Position numbers and translations under genes: made by a program | Shown here: one piece after another, positions 37,434-46,362 of the stretch | Numbering within the stretch: position 1 is the stretch's first letter | Layout of the letters: each line of letters opens with the position of its first letter | Assembly (NCBI GenBank): GCA_038319625.1 | Contig: JBBQDK010000001.1 | Location: 1-62,686 of the forward strand | Direction: 5' to 3' | Source: Gammaproteobacteria bacterium | Lineage (GTDB): Bacteria > Pseudomonadota > Gammaproteobacteria > JBBQDK01 | DNA length: 62,686 nt | The notes under the pieces: model-generated | Database searches by the model: none | Seen by the model: the letters and a program-made list of their open reading frames with translations, nothing else | What the model was told of the DNA's origin: nothing

Positions 37434-40400
37434 CCAAAGCGAACGAACCCTTCCTCGTTCGGCGCACGTGCACGCGCAGATCGGGAAACACGGAGGGGCA
37501 AGGAAGTCACCCGCTGGAGGAATATCGCGACCTGCCCGCATACGTGTTGCTTGGCGATCCGGGCGCAGGCACGACGGAAACCTTCAAGTTGGAAGCGCGC
37601 GAGTCCGGCGGCAAATATATCAAAGCGCGCGACTTTGCCACTTTTGAGCCGGGAGTGGAATATCAGGGTAAAACTTTATTCATAGACGCACTAGACGAAA
37701 TGCGCGCCGATGGAGGTGATGGACGGACACCACTCGACCACATACGTAGGCATCTGGAGAGGTTGGGATACCCGTGTTTTCGTCTCTCCTGTCGCGAGGC
37801 GGACTGGCTGGGGGCGAGTGATAACGAAGCATTGAAACGCGTGTCACCCAGCGGCGATGTCATCGCCCTGCATCTTGATCCGTTGACCGATGATGACGTT
37901 GCCGAAATTCTGCGGCACAAAACCACTATTCCCAACCCGAATGAATTCATACGCAAGGCGCGAGATCACAAGCTCGACGAACTCCTGCGCAACCCGCAAA
38001 CGCTGGATTTGCTTGTGGATGCCGTAGGCGGAAATGAATGGCCGCAAAGTCGCAAGGAAATTTATGAGATGGCGTGTCGCCATCTTGTGTCCGAAATGAA
38101 TCCAGAACACCGACGAGCCAAACGAGAGGAAGCGCTCCCCGCCGAAACACTGCTCAATGTCGCAGGATACTTATCCGCTATACAGTTGCTATCTGGACTC
38201 GCCGGTTTCTCTATTGATGAGGCGATGGCCGACAAGGAATACTTCTGCTGGAAAGAACTGCTGGAGCATGGCCCCCCACTACTTGCCGCACTAAAAACAA
38301 ACCTGTTTCAAGGGGACGGTGAGGAACGACGCATTCCCATTCATCGTAGCGTCGCGGAATATCTGGGCGCTCGCTACCTTGCTTCACTCATCGAAAATAA
38401 CGGTCTGCCATTTGGTCGTGTTCTTGCATTGATGACGGGTGGCGATGGCGGCGTGGTGACCGACCTGCGCGGCCTCGCGGCATGGCTATCGGTTCATTGC
38501 CTCAGCGGACGGCATGTATTGATTGAGCGCGATCCATTGGGGGTTGTGCTCTATGGTGACGTGCGCAATTTCCCTGTAGCAGACAAGCACCTTGTCCTCG
38601 CAGCATTAAGAAACGAGGCACGACGCTATCCATGGTTCCGTTCAGAGGATTGGTCATCTCCGCCTTTTGGCGCGTTGGGTACCATGGATATGGCATCCGC
38701 ATTCGTGGAAATACTCTCCTCTCCTTCGCGAGAAGAGGCCAACCTAGCGTTGCTGGATTGCGTGTTCGACGCCATACGTTATGGTGAGCGCATGTCCGCT
38801 CTGGCTGGCCCATTGGAAGCCATCGCACGGGATGTCAGCTACCAACAAGGAATAAGAACGAATGCGGTGCGAGCTTGGGCGCATATTGCTCCGGATGATT
38901 ATTCCAAACTGCTGAGGCTTGCGGAAGATATTCGCACAGGTGTCGTCGAAGACAGAGACGATGAAATGCTTGGCACTGTTTTAGGCAAGCTCTACCCACA
39001 AACTATTTCGCCAGCTCAAATATTCGATTACCTCCAACCACGGAAGGATGACAGCCTGATTGGCAGCTATTTCTCATTCTGGAGTCACAATCTCCCGGAT
39101 GGAGCGGCCAATGATGATGTGCCGCTGTTGCTGGATCAGCTGGTGCAAAAACTGACAGTAATGAGAAAAGCCCTGCATGAGACACAACTCAACAGAATGG
39201 CAGGGAAGTTACTGGTGCGAGGGCTAAAGCATTACGGAGATGCAATTATCGATGAACGCCTCTACGAGTGGCTAGGCGTTGGTCTTGATGAATACGCTCA
39301 TCCCCATCTTGATCGGGAATATGCTGAGTGCATTGCTAAGTGGTTTGAGAATCGCCCTGATCGCTACAAGGCCATGATCCGTCACGGCGAATCTCTATGT
39401 GTCGGAAGCGACAATATTCAATATTGCATGTACCGATGCACAATGAGGCTTTACGCTTCTGCACCCCCAGCAGATATCGGCAGCTGGTATCTGGAGAGGG
39501 CGGCAGCTGAACTGGGTGCTGAATTGGCTGGCTATTACTTCACCCAAACGATTCTCTTACTGAGACAACAAGGCGGACAAAAAGAACTAACTCTCCCTGC
39601 CCTGGAATTCCTTGAATCATGGACAAAAGCTTACCCAACCCTCCAGCCGTGGCTTGACCGGTTTATAACTTGCGATATCGGAGACTGGCAACAGAAACAT
39701 GCCATAGAAGATAGCAAAAGAAAGTTCGAACGTCAGAAACGGAAAAATGAATGGGTAAGTTATTACCGCCAAAACATTGATGCAGTTCGTGATGGCAGCG
39801 CACACCCACAGATATTTCATGATCTTGCGATGGCATACTATGGTTTGCTTTATGAGGTCTCCGGCGAAACACCACGCGAACGTCTGGAGGATTTCCTTGA
39901 TGGCGACGTAGAGTTGATCGAGGCCGCCTATGCAGGTTTTCGCCATACCCTTGACCGCCGCGACTTGCCGACAGTTCGCGAAATTGTCGATCTGGAATTA
40001 AAGGGGCGGAATCATTACATACGCAAGGCCTGTCTAGTGGGTATGGAAGAACTATATCAGGCTGGTCCATCCAGTGTATCGCGGCTTGCCGATGATGTGC
40101 TAAAGCGGTTATTGGCATTTCGCTTTACTTACAACGTCGGAGACGATCCGGCATGGTTTGCTTCGCTGGTGCGGGAACGTCCTGAGTTGGTGGCTGAAGT
40201 GTTGGTCGCTTATGCCTTGCCCATGCTGCGCGCTGGAAAGGAGCACGTCGCAGGGCTGTATCCATTGGCCTATGATGATGCGTACGCCGAGGTGGCTCAC
40301 ATTGCGCTGCCTGTATTGTTGGATGGTTTTCCACTACGTGCTAGCAAGCTTCGATTATCAAATGCACTCGACCCGCTTATTAAGGGAGCGTTGCACTATC

Positions 40401-41536
40401 TCGACAGGAAGATGCTCGCATCATTGATTGCCCGGAAACTCGAATTGAGAAGCATGGATGCAGCGCAACGAATCTATTGGCTAGGCTGCGGCTTGCTGCT
40501 AGCTCCAGATATTTATGAAGACAGGTTGATTCAATACATCGGTAAGAACGCCGTTCGCAGAGGCTATCTGGCTGGCTTTCTGCATAGCCGTGAAGCACGT
40601 CGCTTGCCGGATAGTGCGCCCTTGTCCGAAGTCACTCTTGCCCATCTGATTGAGTTGCTGGCACCGGGTTGTTCTCCCGAACGTCCTACTGGGGCACACT
40701 GGGTCAGTCCGGCCATGGAAACCGCCGATATGGTGCGTTCTTTCGTCAACACACTGGGCGGCAATCCCAAGGAAACCGCGAACCGCGAACTTGAACGCTT
40801 GCTGACTTTGCCAAATATCGCGCCTTGGAAAAACTACTTACGCAACGCTTTGCACACCCAACGCATCGCCCGACGCAGGGCGACATTCTATCGCTTAAGC
40901 GTCGAGGAAGTCAGCCGCACACTCGCCAATCTCCAACCCGCCAGTGCAGCCGATCTTGCCGCACTGACGTTCGACTATCTGCGCGACATCGCCAAGAAGA
41001 TCCGCGATGGAAGTACCAACGACTATCGGCAGTATTGGAGCTACGATAAGGACAATAAAGAACTGAAGAAGCCAAAACCAGAGAACGACTGCCGTGATGC
41101 GTTGTTGTCCGACCTCAATGAGCGATTGGGAAGGCTCGGTATTGATGCGCGGCGAGAGGGTAATTATGCAGATGAGAAACGTGCCGACATTCAAGTTTCA
41201 TTCGGTGGTGCCAATGGATTTAATGTGCCAATCGAAATCAAAAAAGATAACCACCGCGATCTCTGGCGTGCCATCCACAAACAACTGATCCAAAAATATG
41301 TCCGCGATCCGGGTGCAGATGGGCATGGAATTTATCTCGTCTTCTGGTTCGACGGAAAAGGGCTGCCACCGCCACCCGATGGCAGCAGGAAGCCTCGTAA
41401 CGCCCAAGAGCTGGAAGACCGTCTACGGCAGACGCTCTCGCCGGAAGAAAGCCATCGCATCCAGATTTGCGTGATTGATTGCGCGTTACCTGATGTGAAT
41501 TCAAAGTCTGCTTTGGAGAAACACGGACGTCAGTAA
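37430..41536 (+). CDS. Giant STAND/NACHT-like NTPase (degenerate Walker A) with long helical region and C-terminal PD-(D/E)xK-like nuclease motif
   Basis: The TTG at 37430 overlaps the upstream stop (TTGA), and an alternative GTG lies at 37355. It has GDPGAGTT (37553-37576, no Lys) and Walker B TLFIDALDE (37676-37699). LDPLTDDDVAEIL and HRSVAEYLGARYL resemble NACHT-type signatures. The C-terminus carries ENDCRD...RADIQV...PIEIKK (41081-41242). Confidence 0.7.
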   Translation: MTKANEPFLVRRTCTRRSGNTEGQGSHPLEEYRDLPAYVLLGDPGAGTTETFKLEARESGGKYIKARDFATFEPGVEYQGKTLFIDALDEMRADGGDGRTPLDHIRRHLERLGYPCFRLSCREADWLGASDNEALKRVSPSGDVIALHLDPLTDDDVAEILRHKTTIPNPNEFIRKARDHKLDELLRNPQTLDLLVDAVGGNEWPQSRKEIYEMACRHLVSEMNPEHRRAKREEALPAETLLNVAGYLSAIQLLSGLAGFSIDEAMADKEYFCWKELLEHGPPLLAALKTNLFQGDGEERRIPIHRSVAEYLGARYLASLIENNGLPFGRVLALMTGGDGGVVTDLRGLAAWLSVHCLSGRHVLIERDPLGVVLYGDVRNFPVADKHLVLAALRNEARRYPWFRSEDWSSPPFGALGTMDMASAFVEILSSPSREEANLALLDCVFDAIRYGERMSALAGPLEAIARDVSYQQGIRTNAVRAWAHIAPDDYSKLLRLAEDIRTGVVEDRDDEMLGTVLGKLYPQTISPAQIFDYLQPRKDDSLIGSYFSFWSHNLPDGAANDDVPLLLDQLVQKLTVMRKALHETQLNRMAGKLLVRGLKHYGDAIIDERLYEWLGVGLDEYAHPHLDREYAECIAKWFENRPDRYKAMIRHGESLCVGSDNIQYCMYRCTMRLYASAPPADIGSWYLERAAAELGAELAGYYFTQTILLLRQQGGQKELTLPALEFLESWTKAYPTLQPWLDRFITCDIGDWQQKHAIEDSKRKFERQKRKNEWVSYYRQNIDAVRDGSAHPQIFHDLAMAYYGLLYEVSGETPRERLEDFLDGDVELIEAAYAGFRHTLDRRDLPTVREIVDLELKGRNHYIRKACLVGMEELYQAGPSSVSRLADDVLKRLLAFRFTYNVGDDPAWFASLVRERPELVAEVLVAYALPMLRAGKEHVAGLYPLAYDDAYAEVAHIALPVLLDGFPLRASKLRLSNALDPLIKGALHYLDRKMLASLIARKLELRSMDAAQRIYWLGCGLLLAPDIYEDRLIQYIGKNAVRRGYLAGFLHSREARRLPDSAPLSEVTLAHLIELLAPGCSPERPTGAHWVSPAMETADMVRSFVNTLGGNPKETANRELERLLTLPNIAPWKNYLRNALHTQRIARRRATFYRLSVEEVSRTLANLQPASAADLAALTFDYLRDIAKKIRDGSTNDYRQYWSYDKDNKELKKPKPENDCRDALLSDLNERLGRLGIDARREGNYADEKRADIQVSFGGANGFNVPIEIKKDNHRDLWRAIHKQLIQKYVRDPGADGHGIYLVFWFDGKGLPPPPDGSRKPRNAQELEDRLRQTLSPEESHRIQICVIDCALPDVNSKSALEKHGRQ

Positions 41537-42192
41537 TAGGTCGACCCAGTACCTTCCCACCCCATCAATCTGTTTGCACCAAGGTCCGGTAATCGCCGAA
41601 AGCACGAATTCGACGACAATCACGAAACGTCCGCTCACGCTGCGTAGCCGCCAGTCACGGATTACCGCGCCAGTGTCCGCTGCCAAGCTGCCGGTCACTG
41701 CTCGTCGCGTCAATGACTGTTCCGCAGCGTAACCAGCCATTGACGATAAAGTGCCAGGCTGAGGATTTAGACTAAACCCAGACACTCAAATTGAAGGTAA
41801 ATGATACCGGCATTATCTGTCTTGTAAGAAATTATTTCGAGATGGACGGGCAAAGGAATAATTCGTGCCGCAATGCTTGTATTCCAAGCTTCATCGGCGT
41901 ATTAAATATATCAACGGTTTTTCTCGAACCCACAGATCTGCATTCCTGTTCGTACGACAGATCCCGCCTACTAACTGGCAGGCAGCAAGCCGGAAATAAC
42001 AAGTTTGACATAAACAATAATGCTGCGTGCAGGAATGTCGTGGCGGGAAGAGATAATCATGAAAGCCAATCACGCCAACATACTCTGCTCCTGTGCACTT
42101 AATGTCTATGACAGCATAGACCGTACATATGCTGCTTACTTAGTGGACGCAACTATCAAACTACACAAGGAAATAATATTCAGAAGGATCAC

Positions 42193-42843
42193 ATGAATAA
42201 ATTAAAACTAATAATTGCGGTATCTGCACTTCTGCTTACATTTATGAGTATGTCAGTAGATGCATCAACAGTGGCCTATGACTTTACTTGGCAGGTCACG
42301 CAAAATTCTGATTCAAGTGCGGGCGTATTTTCTGATATTTCTGCTGTTAATGTCGGAGACATTTTTAGCGGTTACTTCTTTGTCAGTGAATCACCAGATG
42401 GACAGATTCATGGTAATAATAATTCAGTATATGTCTCAATAAATGACTTTTTTTTATACAGCTCGAGTTATGAGCCGTTCTATACATTCTTCTTTAACAA
42501 TACTAATCAAACAGGGCTTTTTATTCAGGCAAGTTACGGCATTGGATTTAGCTACCCGCGAAGCCCATTTAAGGGTTACTTCAGTCTATGGATCGACCTC
42601 GGCAACCCATCCGACGGAACGGGTAACGCATCCCTACCGAGCACCTTGTCACTCGCCGACTTTTCCATTGCCACAGTCCAAGTCGTGGTGTTGGGCGGCC
42701 CGGCAAATCCAGATAGTAGTTTTTCGCTTCTTGGGAACGTAGTCTCACTAACTGAGGTTCCAGTTCCATCATCGTTGTGGCTATTTAGTACGGGGTCGCT
42801 GGGACTGATAGGATTTGCCTGGCGCAAGAATGTAGATTTATAA
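42193..42843 (+). CDS. PEP-CTERM sorting-domain protein (secreted)
   Basis: It has an AGAAGGA RBS and a signal peptide (MNKLKLIIAVSALLLTFMSMSVDA). The C-terminal VPVPSSLWLFSTGSLGLIGFAWRK combines a PEP-like motif, a TM helix and a basic tail. The gene is AT-rich. Confidence 0.7.
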   Translation: MNKLKLIIAVSALLLTFMSMSVDASTVAYDFTWQVTQNSDSSAGVFSDISAVNVGDIFSGYFFVSESPDGQIHGNNNSVYVSINDFFLYSSSYEPFYTFFFNNTNQTGLFIQASYGIGFSYPRSPFKGYFSLWIDLGNPSDGTGNASLPSTLSLADFSIATVQVVVLGGPANPDSSFSLLGNVVSLTEVPVPSSLWLFSTGSLGLIGFAWRKNVDL

Positions 42844-43600
42844 ATCACGACCACGCAACAGCTGTCTTTGAGACTGCCTTTTTATGTTGCTGGCAGTGTA
42901 GGTTTTGCCGTTATTACCCAATCGCACGTTGCAGCACCACTGACTGGTTCACTGCCGATTACTCGTTGCATTTCAGTTTTGCAGGATACTTACAGTAATC
43001 CTGCCTTGAAGAGAATGTGCTTCTGAACTGCTAAAATGAATGGTCTGGGTTGACGCTAGTGGGGTTAGGGAGTCAAGGGGGGGTTAGGTCCAACATCGCA
43101 ACGCCGATAACGTAATTAGTTGGTGGTCCACGTTTAGATCATTTGCCTTTGAAGTAATGTGCAATCGTTAAGAAAACCTCGCCTCGGCGGCGTCTTTTTT
43201 GTTTTCGTAAGCGGCTTTTTTTTGAAAGTGCCTGTTCGACTCGCTGACTTGATCGTCTCCTTTCAGTATGCTTCTGCCAGTCCCGGCAGACTGTTCCAAT
43301 GGCCGCTTCGTAGCATAAAGCGGCCAGTCATTCTTGGGCTGGACATGCCGATTGTTCCGGACTTTAATCACAGGGGCATCAGAAAGAGTATCAATACGAT
43401 GCAGAATGTCCTTGGCTAAATGCCAGCGTAGTTAATGAGTAGACTGTGTTATGGCAGTGGGTGTTGTCCCCGAATTTAATGTCATGGAACCGATCTCTTG
43501 TACCAATTTTTCTGGCATTGTCCTCTGCCAAACTCCGGACCCACCTACTTTGCGTCATTCTGTAAAGGCCTGCCAGTGTTGGGTGGTGTAACACAATTCA

Positions 43601-44638
43601 TCAACCCGCAGCAGCGGCTGCATCGGTTGCCGATATTCGCCAACCCAGATCGTGTGCCCGCTTGGCCGCCTGTGCCGGGATATCGGTGGCTATGAATTGG
43701 TGGTGCAGCACTTGCACACCGATCACATGGTTTATCACCGCATCGAGTTGCACCATCGTCGCGGTCGGGGTGTCCGCCCGTTCGTGCAGATCGAACAGTG
43801 CGCGTATGCCCGCGCGATCCAGCAGGCCGGCGGATTCAATGGCCGTATCCGCAAGGTATTCCTCCGCCAACAGCTTCATTGCCGCCCATTTTTTAGGATC
43901 GGTATGTGCGGGTGGCGCCATGAAGGCAAACTTCTCCCGCTCGTACAGTACCTTCGGCAGCAGACCCTTCATTGCCTCGCGCAATACATATTTCTCCGTG
44001 CGTCCCTTGATGCGCAGCGCGGGTGGCACGTGCGTCGCGAACTCGGCCAGATGATGGTCGAGAAACGGCGGTCGCGCCTCCATGGAATTCGCCATGTCCA
44101 CGCGGTCGCCACCCCAGGTGAGGATCTGACCTTCGAACATAGTCTTGATCCACACCTATTGGGCCTGGTCCAGTGGGTGTCGACCGGCAAGCATGTTGCC
44201 ATCCAGCGCCTCGGCGATGGCGCTGCCGGGCCGGCAATCCCGCAGAGCTGCACGCCTGTCCTTGTGGATCAAACCTTGTACATGCTGCGTCACGGCCAGC
44301 CACGGCTGCAGGTAACTCGGCGTGAACCCGACCAATGCCGTTAGCGCCGAATCATCCACCGTTTCTTCGGCCAGCGTGGCGCCGCGGAGTAGTTGATTCT
44401 TTTCCGCCAGTGTTTGTTCCCAGATAGCGCGCTCGGCTCCTGGCAACGTATCGTGGCCGTGCAGAAACATGTCGTGGCGAAATGCCGGGTAACCCGCAAA
44501 CAGTTCATCGGACCCTTCGCCGGTTATCACCACTTTGTAGCCAATCTGCCGGACGTGGCGGCTCATCAGCAGCTTCGCCACAATTTCTCGACAGCTGGAT
44601 TCGATGATGCAATCATTAACCGTCCTGCGCTCTGGACC
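43601..44638 (-). pseudogene. Asparagine synthase (glutamine-hydrolysing, AsnB-family) C-terminal fragment: 5'-truncated and interrupted by an in-frame TAG
   Basis: Synthetase-domain motifs are present (KVVITGEGSDELFAGY, GDRVDMANSMEARPPFLD). The GATase domain and PP-loop are absent, and similarity stops at a stop codon near 44639. An in-frame TAG at 44156-44158 (minus strand) splits the remainder. Confidence 0.7.
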
Positions 44639-44662
44639 CTATCGATCACCCCCTCCCGCCTT

Positions 44663-45583
44663 ATGAGCGCCAACACAGCCAACCAGCCGAAAATCGCTCT
44701 CGCCCTCGGTGGCGGATCGGCCCGCGGCTGGTCACATATCGGAGTGATCCGGGAACTCGATCGAATTGGCATACGACCGGATATCGTCTGCGGCTGCTCA
44801 ATAGGCGCGATCGTCGGTGCCGCCTATGCCGCCGGCAATATCGACAAACTGGAAGCCTGGGTGCGTTCGCTGACGCGCATCAGGATGGCGCGATTTTTCG
44901 AACTGAACATCTCTCTGAATGGGATCGTCGACAGGCGTCGCCTGCAGGAATTTCTGCGCGAGCATGTTTGCAGCGAGAAGGCGCTCATCGAGGACCTCTC
45001 CGTCCGTTTCGCCACTGTGTCCACCGACCTCAAGACCGGCAAGGAGGTGTGGTTCCAGAGCGGCTCACTGTTGGATTCGGTCTGGGCCTCGATGGCCCTG
45101 CCGGGTTTGTTCCCACCGATCCGCTATGGCGAGAAATGGCTGGTAGACGGCGGTCTGGTCAATCCCGTACCGATTTCCGTCTGCCGCGCACTGGGCGCCG
45201 ATGTCGTTATCGCTGTGAATCCGAATGATGATATCGTTGGTAAACATTTCGTCCAGAACAATCAGGAAGTCGCCGATGGCAGCGGTGTTATGGGTAAATT
45301 CAGAAAAAATATCCGCGCCTATAAAACTACCCTGTTCGGCAAGCAGTCGGACGAGCACCCTGTACCCGGCCTGTTCGATGTCATCACCAGCTCCATGCAC
45401 ATCGCCCAGGACCGTATCACGCGCAGCAGAATGGCCGGCGACCCGCCCGATGTGCTGCTGTCTCCGCGGCTGTCGCACATCGGACTGCTGGAATTTTATC
45501 GCGCCGACGAGTCAATCGAGGAGGGAAGGGCCTGTGTCAGCCGCATGGCCGCGGAAATTTCCCGAGTCATGAAGCAGTTCTGA
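44663..45583 (+). CDS. Patatin-like phospholipase (RssA-like)
   Basis: It has the oxyanion GGGSARG, the nucleophile GCSIGA and DGG. The start is set at the ATG at 44663. Confidence 0.85.
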   Translation: MSANTANQPKIALALGGGSARGWSHIGVIRELDRIGIRPDIVCGCSIGAIVGAAYAAGNIDKLEAWVRSLTRIRMARFFELNISLNGIVDRRRLQEFLREHVCSEKALIEDLSVRFATVSTDLKTGKEVWFQSGSLLDSVWASMALPGLFPPIRYGEKWLVDGGLVNPVPISVCRALGADVVIAVNPNDDIVGKHFVQNNQEVADGSGVMGKFRKNIRAYKTTLFGKQSDEHPVPGLFDVITSSMHIAQDRITRSRMAGDPPDVLLSPRLSHIGLLEFYRADESIEEGRACVSRMAAEISRVMKQF

Positions 45584-45627
45584 TAAATTTTGTGAACCTG
45601 CCAGCGGCGTCCTGTTAAAATTGCGGC

Positions 45628-45831
45628 ATGCAGCGGCGCATTATCGGATTTCACCAGGACGAGGAACAACAATGGGTTGCGGAACTCGACTGTGGCCATG
45701 CGCAGCATGTCCGGCATCAACCGCCCTGGCAGGTGCGTGCCTGGACCCGCACAGAGCAAGGCCGCCGGGAGCGTATCGGAACCTTGCTGGTTTGCGGCGT
45801 GTGCGCGGCGGCCGGCGCACGCGGTGACTAA
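45628..45831 (+). CDS. DUF3565-domain protein
   Basis: The sequence IIGFHQDEEQQWVAELDCGHAQHVRHQPPW matches the DUF3565 signature as I recall it. Confidence 0.65.
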   Translation: MQRRIIGFHQDEEQQWVAELDCGHAQHVRHQPPWQVRAWTRTEQGRRERIGTLLVCGVCAAAGARGD

Positions 45832-45944
45832 CGATTCGATTGAACAGTGCCGGTCCCGTCGGCAGCCTTGTCTGGAAACCACCAAAACTCCAGTATGCTT
45901 GCCGCAGCATTTACCTCATTTTCATAACAACCCAGGATCACGCA

Positions 45945-46277
45945 ATGCCAGTAAAATATAAATGGGCCGAGCACTACTCCGCGTGCCGTCTGCAACTGGA
46001 TCTGGCCTCTCTTATCAGGATGTCGGGCCTGCTCGGTTTATGTTCGGGTGTCGGACTGATTCCGCTGATCATCTATCTGAGTGCCGAAGCGGTGAGTCAG
46101 AACCCCAGTAGTATAGTGATTGTTTTTCTGGTCGCACCGCTGTTCGGCGCCTTGAACGGTGCTGCGATGGGCATCGTCGCCTACCCTTTGTACAAGTGGC
46201 TGTCACAACGCGCCAAAGGCCAGACCTATACAGGTATCTTTGTTGGCCTGATCGCAGAGGATGGCGTGCGACCATGA
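45945..46277 (+). CDS. Small membrane protein, unknown function
   Basis: This 110-aa ORF starts at the ATG at 45945 and has two or three hydrophobic segments. I recognised no family. Confidence 0.45.
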   Translation: MPVKYKWAEHYSACRLQLDLASLIRMSGLLGLCSGVGLIPLIIYLSAEAVSQNPSSIVIVFLVAPLFGALNGAAMGIVAYPLYKWLSQRAKGQTYTGIFVGLIAEDGVRP

Positions 46278-46362
46278 GTTCTGCGTGCATCGCAGTACAT
46301 CAGGGCATTGCGCAGCACCGTGCTACCATGACCCAGATGCCCTGTTACGAGGCCCCGCAGTA

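Noticed and set aside
41501-41785. A 94-aa minus-strand ORF just downstream of the STAND-like gene.
   Set aside because: It overlaps the 3' end of the large gene and has no motif, RBS or family resemblance. It could be a relic, but it is unsupported.
42860-42888. A possible terminator after the PEP-CTERM gene (imperfect stem followed by a CTTTTT run).
   Set aside because: The stem has central mismatches (gctgtc versus gactgc), so it is too weak to annotate.
43061-43088. Two copies of GGGGTTAGG 19 nt apart.
   Set aside because: The repeat is very short, has only two copies and has no obvious partner structure, so it is likely chance in a G-rich patch.
43168-43594. Two short minus-strand ORFs with faint resemblance to tyrosine recombinase (integrase) core segments.
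   Set aside because: Only vague pattern similarity is present (..GLYRMTQSRW.., ..IKVRNNRHVQPKNDWPL..). No catalytic R..HxxR..Y residues can be identified, so blastx is needed before calling an integrase relic.
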